The notes beneath the pieces are model-generated. The model was given only the letters and a program-made list of their open reading frames with translations, was not told the DNA's origin and did no database searches. The position numbers and the translations under genes are program-made. This document shows positions 23,901-36,400 of a stretch of DNA of 64,000 nt, in pieces. The stretch lies in contig CAJINV010000005.1 of the NCBI GenBank assembly GCA_905178155.1, positions 4,713,394-4,777,393 on the forward strand, read 5' to 3'. The first letter of the stretch is position 1. Every line of letters begins with the position of its first letter. Source of the DNA: Amoebophrya sp. A120. Taxonomy: Eukaryota > Protista > Dinoflagellata.

Positions 23901-26900
23901 CCACACCAGTAAAAGTCCGCTTCATCTTGGCCGGTCGTCCCGGAGCAGCAGGAGCATCTACAATTTTCTCGATGGAAATCAGGTTCTTGATTTTTTCCCT
24001 TTCAACAACAACATCGTCCGCAAAGTAGACTGCGCTTTCCGGAATAGACGCTCCTGCCGGGTGCACAGGTGTGATGTAATTCTTCTCATTTTCCTTTTCT
24101 TGGGCCAGACCCGCGAAGAGTTTCTCGAAATTCTTGTCGTAGAGGTTCTCCAACGCGTTGTCGTGATCACTAGTGTATCAACTGTAAAAAATGTCTGGGT
24201 CTGGAAGAATCCAACTTGTCATGCTGATTTTGGATTCTAAAAAAATCTGTATTGCATGAGCAGCAAAGAGCGTCCAAGTTTTGCTACACGCACAGAGCAT
24301 TTGTCATGCGGTATAGGCATCAGGAAGCGCTCACAAAATCTGTGATGATAGGGCATGCATCACAGACATCAGGAGTCATGCAAAATGTGCATGACAAACC
24401 TGGCAATCTTCAGACCCAGACATTTTTACATTTGGTATGGTTAATTCAGCAGAAAAGTCTGCGCTGTTTTGTTCAGCTTTCTCCGCACTCGGCTTGCAGC
24501 TGTCCGGGGAAGAGGAAATAAAACCGCTGCTGTTGACTACACTCTGGTCGTGCAGATGCGCGCCTCCTGACTCTTGATGCTCACCGCCATTTTTGTCCAC
24601 CACGTCAATGAAAGATCGCTTCGAGAGAATTTTCACGTGCGCCGCCTTGTGGAAGTAACTGGATTTGTTGTTCTTCGCAGACGCGTCGGACAACCCGGCG
24701 AAGGAAACAGTAGAGAAGTTGTTGGGGTTCTTTTCTTGCGTGTAGTCCGACGACCCGTGCAGTTTATTCTTCAAATTCTGCTGCAACACCGCCATCACTT
24801 TACTCTTCTTCGTCTTTTTCAACACCCGCGGCGCTTCCGGCGTGGAGAAAACGGAGTCGTTTTGCTTCTGGTCCTCTAAATCGACGCTTTCATCAACCCA
24901 ATCATCTTCCGGAGGGGACTTGTGCTGGTCCTTCGGAATGTTCGTAGCCGCAGTTTTTGGTTTATTCTTGTGCTCGTCGAGCTTGCCGTCGGCACCAGTA
25001 GCTCCAAAGAAACCGCCAAAAACCGACGTGTCGATTTTCCCAACTAAAGGGGTTCTTGTTGCAGTCGCCCCAATAAATAAACCGCCTTGAAAAACCGTGT
25101 CGATTTTGCCAACATCTAGAGAAGACTGCTCGTCCAAGGTTTCGGAGAGAGGGTGGACCACAATTGCTGCTTCCTTGTCATTTGTTCCCTCCGTAGTTTG
25201 TGCATGAGATGAACTTTGCTCTCTTTCCTGTTTCTTCTTGTCAACAACAGCCTTCACAACTTCCAAAAAGTCCGCTCCGGAATAGGACGACGCCCGCGGC
25301 CGCTTCTTCCTGTTGTTCTCCTCGTCAGAGGAAATTATCGGTGAGGAAGTAGCTTTGTGTAGCAGTTCGGCGATCGAGGCGGACGAACTGCGCGGTCGCT
25401 TGTACAGAATTAGGTTCTTTTTCGACTTGTTCGTTATGTCCTCGCCTTGGTCGTTTTCAACCACGACCGCAACCGGAGCCGGCGGCGGCGCCAACAGAGA
25501 TGACGCGGGTGCACGGTTTTTCGAATTCAAAGGGTTGAATTTCTTCACCGGGGCGTGTTTTTCGAAGTCGGAATCGGAATCTTCGGGCACGACTACCTTC
25601 GGTGGCGCTAAAGCCCTCGCCAAGGTGCGATTTTTCGTGCTTTCCGGGTTGAACTTTTTCACCGGGGCGGAATCGGAATCGGAATCCTCATCTGTCATTG
25701 TTTTGCCAGTTGTTCCGTCTGCCCGGGCAGCTGAAATTCCTCCTGCTTTTTCACAAGAAGTAGAGCCGGTTCTTTCTTCATTGCTAGTTCCGCGGACCGG
25801 CGTCTCTCCAATAATTTTCGGTGGCGCCAAGTCTTTCGCCAGAGTTCTGGTCGTACTGTTCTTGGGGTTGAACTTCTTCACCGGTTCGTCCTGTTCTATT
25901 CCGGACTCCTCCTGCTGAGCAGATTCAGTGCTGGCACCTTCTGCTTCATTCCCCAGCAGTACCTTCGGTGGCGCCAGATCTTTCGCCAAGGTCCTCGTCG
26001 TGGAAGAAGCAGGATTGAACTTTTTCACAGGCTCTTGTTGCACGACATCGTCCTTCTCGACGTCCATTTCTGTTTCATCTTCACCCACTGTAACCTTCGA
26101 AACTTTCGGCGGCACCAGGTCTTTCGCGAGGGTTCTGTTCTTGGAACGGCCTTGGTCAAACTTCTTCACCGGTTCCTCGTTTTCGCTTCGCTGATCAGCG
26201 TCTCCGGTCTCGCTTCCCGCAGAACAGCCTTCTTTTTGATTTTCTCCCGCAGCGCTAGCAGCCGTGTTCTTCTTCGGCAGACTCGGCGGCACCAAATCCT
26301 TCGCCGCCACACGCGGAGCACATGACTTCACACTTGGTTTCTTCTCTGGATCACCGAACGCCGACATCTCGGTGTCCACTCTGTTGTGCTGATCTCCCGA
26401 CTGTTCTTCATTTTGCTCTCCTTTCCTCGCCAAAATGCTCCCTAACGTCGGTGGCACCAAAGCACTCGCTTTGACCTTCGCGTATCCACCGCCGCCATCC
26501 GCACCACTTTTCTTCTCCGGACTGCAAAACCGGTTTCCCTCGGCATCGTATGGCGTTCTCAAACGTTACACTCTCAACTGTTACATGAATTTGTCATGCA
26601 AGACAACCTTAAGCCGCCAGATGATCAAGCTGCTTCGCATGACAAATAATCGAAAGGCCAGACAGAACCTAAATCCATGCAAAATTTGTGATGTAAGACT
26701 TGCAAGCTTGCCCCTTGCCCTATTGCTGTTTTTGCATGTTGACAAATTCATGTAACAGTTGAGAATGTAACAGTTGAGAACGCCATACATCGTGGTAACA
26801 CGTTGTTCCTGCGTCGGCTCCAACGTTCGCATACAGCTTCGCGTAGATGTCGGCTAGCGAGGCAGGCGGCGTCGGCACGAACACCTTCGGGGGGACGGTT

Positions 26901-29900
26901 TCGGACGCTGTCTGCTTTTTGTTCTCCTTGCAGCCTGCAGTTCGGTTCAGAAACTTCTTCACCGGACCCTCGTTGTCGGAGGAGGAATCGCTCTGGTTTT
27001 GTTCCGTATTGTCGCCAGTTTTGCTGTTCGACTGTTGAACACGATCGCCAGCGGGAGAAGAAAGCTCCTTTGGAGTGCCAGGAGCGTGATCCTCCGTTTT
27101 CTTCTCCACTGCAGAATCTTTATTCCTACCGTTGGAAGTAGTTTTGTGCTCCATCACACTGCTATCTGCCATACCGTTCAGAACCGGACTCACCCCCCGT
27201 TCGATGATCGGATGCACCATTCTTGTCGCGCTGATCGACCGTCGCGCCCCACCGCCTAACACCGGCGGCTTGCCCAGCTTCGGGGAGGGGCCGCGGGAAG
27301 TGGAAGCAGTCGTGGTTGGAACGCCAGTCGGAACAGATTTAATTTTCGACGCGTCTTCTTCTTTGGTATTCAACTTCGGAGTAGAGGTGGAGGTCGCTGT
27401 TGTGACATTAAAAGCCGCACGCTTCATCTTGTCAACACCAGCGCCAACAGTTGGCGTATTCGGTGCCGATGCCGAGGCGGTGATTCCGACAAAAGCCTTT
27501 GTACTCTTCTCCGCGGGTCGGAAACCTCCAGAAGCAGCACCGCTTGCCGGCGTTCCAAAACCAGATCCACCAAAACCACACCCTCTTGCACCAGAACTAC
27601 CAAGACCCAAACCAATTCCAGCAACACGACTGCCAGGTGTGCGATTGTTCTGCTTCAACCGGTCAAACCGCACGTTCCGTAGCAACTCGCCAAATTTCAA
27701 AGTCTCCTTCGTATCCGGATCCAACCATTGATTCCCGATCCCATCGGCAATGGTCGTCGGAATCGTCGTTAAAATAAACAAGGACGGGGTCCAGTCAAAA
27801 ACAGCAGCAGAAGTCGCGGACGCGCCTGGTCCTGCAGTTATCTCCTTCTGCAGCAGCGGCTTCAGAAACAACGTTAATTTCGAGTTCCGAAAGGGGATGT
27901 AGCTGACGGAGGAACTTTTTGTGCTCTGGCGCGCCGCGTGCCCCTGAATGTGGCGGGTGGTCGCGGTTAATAAACCAGAGTCCTTTGTGCAGGTACTGGC
28001 GGCGGTGCTCAGGGTGGAAGCGTTCAACAAGTTGCTGTTATTTACTCCCAATAAAGATGAAGATGTTGGCGTGCTTGCAGCAGCACCATGATCTCCTCGT
28101 GGCGAGTTGTGGAACTCCTTCGCTTTCACCTTGGATAACTTCTCCACGACCTCCCGCAAGGCGTTCAAACTCAGGTTCTTCCGGGTCGGGGAGGGGGTAT
28201 GCTGTCGGTTCTTCCCGCCCTTCATCTTCATCACCACTCTCCCCCCGTTCTATGCAAGAAAAAAGCTGCGTGAGTGTAAATCTGTAATGCAGAACACGCA
28301 ACAGAGTCACGCCTGTCATGCCAGACAGCCATGAAGTTCTCTTTTCGTGTGTGTTTTCCCTTACAAGCCACGCATGATAGGTTTTCTCTGTCATGTGGAG
28401 CAAATTTGTGATGCTGTCAGCCAAAGATAGTTACACGAACACAATTTTTTTTCTTGGATACGTTCTGCAGGAAGTTCAAACTCGGGCGGGACAATGGGGA
28501 ACGGGAACTTGCGGTGGGGGAAGAATCAAGGATGGTCGAGGAATTGTGCGTCGAATGGTAGTAATCTTGGTTTTTCACGTTCATCTTGTTGCCATGTTTA
28601 CCGGCCGTAGTTGTAGTTCCGGTCGGCAACAAATTCCGTTGCCAACTCCCCAGGTCGACGAAATGGAGTACCGCGGTTGTCGTGTTTGTTGAAGAGAAAG
28701 TTGCAGTAGATGAACTACCATTGCTAGTAATTACATCCGGCTTCCCAACATCATCCGACGGCGTCTCCTGCAAAACCGGGGAGTTTTGGTGGATGGAGAA
28801 AACCGCGTGTTGCCCCGGAAATTTCGGTTTGTCGAGTTTGCTGTCCCACAAGAGCGACAAAGCCTGCTTGATCTTCTCGCAGATGATGGAAGAAGAAGTG
28901 GGGGCTGTGGCTGAAATCGTGTTTGCATCCTCCTCCCCAACTAAAGGCACGTGCCGGGCGTTCTCGAATCGCGAGATTGTTTGGAGTTCCGGGGGTAAAA
29001 CCGCTTTCGGTTTGTACACGTCGATTTTCTCCTTTATCCTGTGCAAAAGTATCGTACTCGTAGTAATCGCGTTTATGCATGACAAATCTCTTTTTCAAAG
29101 TAAGTATAGCATGAGAAATTCCATTTGTGATGCTGAGCAAATTTGTAATGCGATTGCTACTAGTACGATGCTTTTGCATTTCATATCCTTCAAGCTTGTC
29201 TGATGTTTCTCCGCGAACAAATCGCAAATCTTTTCGTCCGGCAGGAAGGAGACAAAGGTGCAGGTGAAAGATGAGGTCGTGGGGGCGAACGAGAAGTCGT
29301 GTTGTAGTTGCAGTTTATCGCCATCCGCAGATGAAGCCAGCAGCTCTTCTAACTGTTTTAACACCCGCGGGATGATTCCGGAGGAGAAGAATTCCGGGCG
29401 GACCGCAGAAGAAGAACCCGAATCCGCATCGGTCGGCATAACAACTTCCTCTGTGCAGGAGTTCGTCCTGGAGCCACGGACTTCATTGCCCGTCGAAAGT
29501 AGTAGACTTTCCTCTCCGAACATCAACTTCGTCTTCCCGGTGTGTTCAGCGCCGTAGAGCACAACACCGCTGGACTTTTTCCCCGCGACGAAATCTTGGA
29601 TATAGGAGGAAATAGCGGCTTCGATGTGGTGGTTCTGTTGCTGTTGTGTGTGACCTGACGGTACAACTCTTTGCACTGTCTCGTCCTCCTGCTCTTCGGC
29701 AGCGCTTTTCCCGCCATTCGGGACGGCGGAAAGCACGATGGTGCGGAGAAAATTCTCGTCGAAAGCAGGTAGTTGATCGGCGGGTGGTTGCGATGAGGTG
29801 CTGCCGGGTACGGGTTCAGCAGGAGACGCTGCTATTTTTGCGTCCCCGTGCGGCACTCCGACCTTCATGTCGTTGTCCGGCAGAGGCGACCCTTCTGGCG

Positions 29901-29934
29901 GCGCGGTGGAATTGGTCGTCAAGGACGGCATCAT
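14943..29934 (-). CDS. Giant divergent kinesin-like protein (about 3,214 aa, 11 exons): N-terminal degenerate motor domain, long low-complexity tail with PVKKF..PPK repeats, C-terminal C4 zinc-ribbon-like motif
   Basis: Motifs in kinesin order: VVLYGAEHTGKTKLMFG, GIIPRVL, ICDLF, HAVFSI, LHFVDLGS, LSLNALREVV, IPFRNSKLTLFLKPLL, ETLKFG. Removing 10 introns (5,347 bp) from the 14,992-bp span leaves 9,645 bp = 3,215 codons, each junction in frame. Confidence 0.75.
15911..16181. mobile_element. TIR introner, family A
   Basis: TATCAAATGCAAAAATGTCTGGGTC ... GACCCAGACATATTTGCAACGCATA; direct repeat TTCGT; joins EPIDE-DDEDQ. Confidence 0.9.
16550..16700. mobile_element. TIR introner, family C
   Basis: TATGAACTGCAGAAGTATCGCACTCGTA ... 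TACGAGTACGATACTTTTGCACAGGATA; direct repeat CGCAT; joins SLSDA-ESEEQ. Confidence 0.88.
16969..17177. mobile_element. TIR introner, family D
   Basis: TATGGAGAGAAAAAAGTTTGTCAC ... GTGACGAACTTCTTTCTTTTGATA; direct repeat CTTCC; joins HYPEE-EEENNEK. Confidence 0.8.
17626..18624. mobile_element. TIR introner, family E (about 45-bp TIR), containing a nested MITE
   Basis: TATGACTTGTTCAACGTACCCAA(G/A)CGATATCGTACCCAAAAA inverted at both ends; direct repeat TCGGA at 17621-17625 and 18625-18629; joins HNSTSS-EEQILVA. Confidence 0.88.
17766..18484. mobile_element. MITE-like element with 51-bp TIRs nested inside introner E
   Basis: AAGCATCCACCGCTGGAGAGTACGACCCAGTCGCTCTACGGCTTCGCCTCG (17766-17816) is the reverse complement of 18434-18484 with one mismatch; flanks TATATAGTTG / ATTATAGCTG are only partly similar. 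Confidence 0.85.
19840..22529. mobile_element. Family A introner expanded to 2.7 kb by an internal satellite
   Basis: Left TIR TATCCAGTGCAAATATGTCTGGG, right TIR CCCAGACATATTTGCTTTCGATA; flanks CTGCA/CGGCA; joins ANALA-VGFSQ in frame. Confidence 0.82.
20010..22345. repeat. Tandem array, 160-bp unit, about 15 copies; identical centre, degenerate edges
   Basis: CACGAAAATCATCAGAGGCGG at 20501, 20661, 20821 ... 21941 at exact 160-bp steps. Confidence 0.95.
23308..23427 (-). other. GT-AG intron with introner-like geometry
   Basis: GAG|GTACAG ... GATATCAG|GCC; core 23312-23426 starts TATC and ends TA, flanked by CCTGA/CCTCC; contains TTTGTCATGC. Confidence 0.7.
24176..24437. mobile_element. TIR introner, family A (inverted relative to most copies)
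   Basis: TATCAACTGTAAAAAATGTCTGGGTCTGGAAG ... CAGACCCAGACATTTTTACATTTGGTA; flanks TAGTG/TGGTT; joins SAELT-SDHDN. Confidence 0.88.
26549..26787. mobile_element. TIR introner, family F (about 48-bp TIR)
   Basis: TATGGCGTTCTCAA..GTTACA.TCTCAACTGTTACATGAATTTGTCA inverted at both ends; direct repeat CATCG; joins TCYHD-AEGNRF. Confidence 0.9.
28251..28460. mobile_element. TIR introner, family G
   Basis: TATGCAAGAAAAAA ... TTTTTTCTTGGATA; direct repeat CGTTC; joins NFLQN-GGRVVMK. Confidence 0.82.
29035..29185. mobile_element. TIR introner, family C
   Basis: TATCCTGTGCAAAAGTATCGTACTCGTAG ... CTAGTACGATGCTTTTGCATTTCATA; direct repeat TCCTT; joins QTSLK-EKIDVY. Confidence 0.88.
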
Positions 29935-32900
29935 ACAGATTGAGACTTAATTTTGTCCAGGTCTGTTGTATCAAGCTGATGCAGCTGAATCAATACCAGA
30001 CGTCGTTTTAACTTCTAGTAGCAATCAACATAGTATTACCTTTTTTATTTCGCGTTCAACAGGGGAAATCTAAATTTCGTTTGCTTGCCAGAAGTGGTGA
30101 TAATACTCCAAGGCCTCGTGATGCTTCGAGAGAGCAAAAACGAAGAGCTTGCACTGTTTTACGAGGTGAATAATCACAAGAAGTTTGATTCTCGATTTCC
30201 ATTCGGTGCCATTTTTCTCTCGATCTAGACTGTCGACCCGCACACCACATCGCTCTCGCGCATTCTAAGACGAAAATCAAAATGCTGCTTCTGGAGACCC
30301 TACTTACGCCACGCTTCCAAATTGAAAACGAAGACAAACAATTTTCTTCTCATTTGCAGCTGCTCGTCACTCGTTCCACCCATTTTTTAACACTCTCTCA
30401 CGAACAGATAACAAAAAGAACAGAAAACCGAGCTTCTGGCTTTGACGCGTGCGTACTGAGCACCAACGATGGGTGGTCCTGTGAAGAAATTGCCAATTTA
30501 TACATGTCGTGGGAATTGGTGCCCAGAAAGAGCGCGCAGCCATCAAAGCAGCACGGCTGGCAACGATTGCCGCTCGTGCGCAATCTCCCATCATGGTGCC
30601 AACCATTGGGCGAGATTAGCAACACACGGACATCGCGATAGCGAGCTAAAGACGTCGGCGGCCTTCCCGACCTGCGCCCGATCGATAGTGGGCGCCGCGT
30701 TCCTTCCGCGGCAACAGGGGGCGCGCCAAAGCACCCACACCACGAGCGGACCAGCCCGGCAGCGCGCTTCCTCCGATGGCGGCCGGCTGACCTGAAGGGG
30801 GCCCCGCCCCACACAATGGCCGAACGGGCGGCGCTTGGCGGGGCGGCAAAGGCCGGCCCGGCTCGGCAGTGGCGCAACCAAGCGCCGCGGGGGCGTTCGC
30901 AATCGCGGGGGCGCCTTCATCGCTCGCACAATTTGAGCAACCAACTGAACATCTTGGCGGCCAAGCTTTTTTGGTTGCGCCTTGCGCCCGGCCGAAGGCG
31001 CGCGCGCCCCCCGTCCGTCCTCGCGGCGGGCCGTCTCGTCCCCGCGCAGCGAGGGACGCTGCAACAGGAATGGCGCACGGAAGGCGCTGGGACGAGTCGC
31101 GCCCATACTGAGTTGCAGCTGCTGCCTTCTGGCTTTCTTCTTCCTACGAAAAATTCGGCAGCAACGAAAATTATAATGATACTCTGTTCTCCGAAAATTA
31201 TAATACATGGAGATTTATATGAGGCAACTTTCTTTCGTGGCCAACACTGCTCCACTCGGGCGGAATGCTCGGAAGGACACATCACTCTGAAGCAAACGCC
31301 ACTACCTCGTAAGGAATACCCAATCCTTGTAAATTTGGTGGCGCTGCTGATTGCAATACAACCCCTCGAGCTCTCTCCTTTTGGAAACACTTTGCCGCCC
31401 TCCGAACATGAAGATACAGACGCACGTCGAAGACAGCGAAACACCACTTCTATCTTCTTTAATATTTCCGTGCGTCGTTTATTGCAACTGACGCTTCAAT
31501 CTCATCTCGTCACCATCACTCGTTTTATCCTTATTTCTGGAACAGAAAAAGAACACCAGAACGAACTGGCCCCGGAAAGGACTGCAAGAGAAAAAACGAC
31601 CCTGATCAACAGATCAGTAGAAAAAGTGTTAACGACCTAAACCTGCTCGTGGGTATCTTTACTAAATGCTTACATACGCAATACACACACAGGTAAGACA
31701 CGCGCACGAAGGTGCGCAGCGAGCGCGTGCGGCCAGAAACACTCGGTCGAGCGCAACGTCACGACGGCTAGAGGCGCGGGCGGCGCGGGCCAACGCGGCC
31801 GTCGGACAGGGCGTAGGCCAGCCCCACGGGATCGCCCGGGCTGCGCACTGTGACTTCCCACTGGGCAGTATCACTGCGCCCTCTCACAACACACCAAGAG
31901 CGGGCTCTGGGCCGAACGAAACAGAGCCCACCCCTACCGGCGGAAAGGTAGGCGGACCGCGACCACAGCCGGCCCAGGGGGGAGTTAGTCGCAACCGCCG
32001 CAACGCTGCTGGAAACCCCACCAGAGCCAGCGAGGGGCGCCACGCCATTGCTCTGGCTTTCGGTAGCAGAGCCCGGCAAGCCAGCCGCGCCTTTCTTTGC
32101 TCATGACTTCGGCGGGCCCCATACTCGTCTACGGTGTCTTCGCCATGCTTCTTCTAGGTGTCGGGGGCGGGCAGGCCGCGCTCGCCCACTCTGCCTGGCT
32201 CCTTGCCGGCGAGCAGGCCGCGTGGCGAAGAGCCAACGGAAACAAGGAAGGGCCACAAAGGAAAGCCCACGCAGACGCTCGCAATCGCGCGCGCAATATA
32301 AAAGCGCCACCGCTTCGCCCTTCCGCTCCTGTGTGTTTTGCAGCTTCTGGGCCCCCACAGGCGACCGGGCCGCGTTCGTCGAAGACGTCTGTGAGCACTC
32401 GCAACGCGCTCCGCGGAGCCCTCGCATTGTCCGGCCCTCCCATACACAATGCCGAGGCCAGGCGGGGCGCTGCGGTGTGGCGAGCGGACTACGCCACGCA
32501 CTTCATTGCGTCGCTCGTCCACAGAGGATGGATTCATTGGATCGCTCGTCCGTTGTAGTGTTGCGCCTTGTGTTCACACGATAAAACCAAGATCTCGACC
32601 CTCGCCTCAATATGCCACATCCATGACCAAGCACAACTCCCTAAGTAGTTGCGGACAACGCCACTCTTACTCTCATCTCCGCTCCCAGAAAAAACTACTC
32701 AAATCTAGAACACTCCGGTGAACAAGAGTGGAGGTCACCGCTTCGCTGAAATCTTGATGCTGCGCAGCAGCTTTGCCGAGAATCAGACTGACAACTACGT
32801 AAGTGTTCATTTTACACACACATCAAACAGATGGCTCAACATGTCTCATGCGCACTATTATATCAATCTGGGTTTTCATCTTACAGGCTTTGAGTCTCAT

Positions 32901-33433
32901 CAACTCGCACTGCCGTTCCGCTCCAGGCTGACGAATAAGTAGCAGTTTTGGTCGGTTGATCCTCCAGAAAGTGTACCTAAAACATCAATCACGACAAGGA
33001 CGCCACACCCACACCATAATTCGATTATGAATTTTACACATGTAATATCCATCGTGCGTAAATACTACTTCCTTCACGTCCTTCTCCTATTATGTTCCTT
33101 TTCCCAGAACCCAACCGGCTCGCGATACCGTATCCTCATCCCATCGTCGAAACCCATGTGTGAAGATGCTACGTCGGTAAGTCTTCGAACCCCCGTCCCT
33201 CCATGATCGCCACCCACTCGTTTAACTTCCGCAACTGCTCCGTTTTGTGAACTATGCTCTGCAATAAAAGGTCGTGGAATTTATATCGGATGAAGGATTT
33301 TTAGGATTGCAATGCTCGCCATGCAAAAGTCTTTAAGTAGAGTTTGATGTCGTGGAACGGGAAGATAGAAGAAGTAAGTACGACCATCAAACAAGCACAT
33401 CTGTCATGCCGAAGGTGTCATGCAATTCCGATG

Positions 33434-36400
33434 TCAACCACTCCTGCGTCTACCGCACATGAAGATTCTACGCCTTTTGCAAAAATGCGTATGAAGATCA
33501 CACACCACATAGTAGTCGTCGAATTCGCGCAGGCGGTGGGTAGCGTCCTCCTCTTCGCTCTCCGTGTTGAATAATTTCAAAAAATCCCTCTCCCCCCGCT
33601 GCAACTGCTGATGTATCGCCGGTGTTGCGGCACTGGAGGTTCCCAGTTGTGCTGAGTTGTCTCTGAAAGGATTTGGCGCCCGGTTTTCAACCGATGACTC
33701 GTAGGCTGTGCTGTTAAAAAGCGTCGACCTGCTAGAATCTGCGGGCAGGTCGAAGTTGTGCCTCCGAAACGCCATTCTTTGCGTGCTTTCGACGTTCGAG
33801 AAGATTTATGCATTGCAAAAATGTCTGGGTCTGGATGATTCCGGGATTTGTCATGCACTTTTTCCAAGCTCCCGGAAGTCTGGAATGCGGCACCTAACAT
33901 CGCAGGCTCTGCCGCCCTTTCGTGATGCCTATTCTGCATGAGAAATACCCTGTCAGCATGGCCAGAAGGCAGCACCTTTTGCCAGTCATGCAACACAGAT
34001 CTGTGTACGATCCGCAACTCGCATCACAAGTTCGGATCCTTCCAGACCCAGACATTTTTGCATTTGATAAGATTGTAGCCATGGCATCCACAGGAAAAAA
34101 AAAACCAAACACAGCATGACCATCATTCGCAGTCGCATTTGCAGGTTGTAAGTATGACGAGAACCTATAATTGCATCATTATCAATTCATCTACGATCAA
34201 ACATATTCCACGCTTTCTTGCGGCTGACATCTTGGGTCAACAACTACACAGGATGGTTTTTGATTTTTTCCCAGAACGATAAATGGAGCTCAGCGGCCTG
34301 CGTCGCTTATCCAGATACCACTCTTTCCGGTTGATGCGATAGTGGTTTCTATCAAATGCAAATATGTCTCGGTCTGGAAGGATGCAAGGTTTGTCATGCA
34401 CAGTTTTCATGACTCCTGACGTCTGTGATGCATGCCCTAGCATCACAAGTTTTGTGAGGGCTTCCTGATGCCTATACCGCATGAGAAATGCCCTCTCGCC
34501 GTGGCAAAACCCGTACCGCTTTTGCTGTCCATGCAATACAGATTTTTGTATTATTCAAATGCAGCATCACAAGTTGCAACCTTCAGACCCAGACATATTT
34601 GCATTTGATAGTTTCCCGGGCCGCGCAAAAACGTGCCATCTTCAGCAGAATGTGGAACGTGATCTCCGGACGGCGTCGTCGTCGTGGATTCCGGTTGTAT
34701 TTGTGGACCAGTTCCTGATGTTCCTGCTGTCCCTGATGTGCTCGCAGTAGAACCACCGCCGGCAAAACTGGAAATAAAGCTTCTCTCCGAAGCTGTCCGT
34801 AACGCATCCATGGCCAACTCGACAGGAGATCTTCTAGAAGTTCGGCTTTGATGTGACTCTGACTGTGAGGAAGCACCAGCTGCAACCGTACTAGCAGTGC
34901 TGTCCTGCGTTGTACTATCGGGAAGGAACATCGCAGACCTGATCCACTCCGGATCGGCAAACGGGTTTGGTGTTCCCGAAGTAGTAGAAAGAAGAATTGT
35001 GCTCGGTGCTGGTTTGGACAAAAAATTTTGCAACCAGTCTTCGAGATGACCAACATTGTTGCTACTCGTGGTCCCTGCGCCCGTAGAAGTTCTTGATGTT
35101 CTTCTGTCAGCGGCTGAGTCATCTTGTGTTTCTTGTGCCACGCCTTGGACACCTGATTCTGCTTGCGCTTCTTGCGCTGTCACTCCTTGCACTTCACCTT
35201 CAACCTCCTCCTGGTCGATGAAATTATCAACCAAAGGCAGCTCCGTTAACTGAAGAGACACCGCCTGCTGGGCGAGGATGTAGTCGCGACTGGGTTCATA
35301 TCAAATGCAAATATGTCTGGGTCTGGAAGATTGCCAGGTTTGTCATGCATATTCTGCATGAGCCACGAAGCCTGTAATGCATGATCTAGCATCACAGATT
35401 TTTTTTAGAGAGCTTCCTAATGCCTACTCCGCATGAGAAATGCCCCCTCCGCATAACACAAACTTGACTCTTGTTGCTGGTCATGCAATACAGTTTTTTT
35501 GGAATCCAAAGACAGCATTACAAGTTGCACTCTTCCAGACCCAGACATATTTTCACTCCATAGTTCAGCAAACCCCTGCGGTGGGAGGGCGCCGTCTTCG
35601 TACTCGAGCAGCTTGACCAAGTTTGTGCCTCGGCGCTCGCGCCGGTATTCCTGCAGTGGCGGCTTGTTGCGTTCCCGGCAGGTCAACGCGTCGGACTTCC
35701 TAAGCAAAAACGCCCCACCCCAGAGCTGTCATGGAAATGCGCAATGACAGGAACATTTGCAATGCGCATCTCCATGAGAGACATTTCCAGTCGTGTTCTG
35801 GAATTTGTAATGCTGTAAACAGGATGACAAACTGGATTTCTCATATGGCTGCCGCCCTTGCTAACCAGCACTGCGCTGCAGATAGAAACTTGTCATGCAC
35901 AACTCCCAAAACTTGCAGATTTGTGCTGCAGATTTACCAACTTCACTATGGGGTGGGGATGTTTTTGCTCAGGATACCCGGAGCACCGTGAGCTGCGGCC
36001 ACGTTGCCCCACCAATATTGCTCTTTGTCGTTCAGGTCTCCTCCTTCTTTGCGAATAGTAAAGTCGCTCGTCACGAGTATGTATCCACTTGGAGAAAGCG
36101 ATGATCTGGGTCTAGCCTATTTTTCAGAACCTTGTGCTGCTGCTGAGTCGTGGGTGCGTGAAGTACAACTAGAGACGCTTGATTTATTGCAAGCACAGCA
36201 CCACTCAAGGAGCATGAAAAGCTTTTCAACGTTGTCTCAGTCTCACGACACACAGCACGCATGACAAACGAAACACAAACGGCGTTTTTGCATGAGAGAA
36301 GAACAAGTGCCGCTTTGTCGGTCATGCAACACAGATTGAGATTCGAGGTACCGTTCTGGAGCACATGAAAATGCAACACAAGCAAGCGTTTTTGTTTGAC

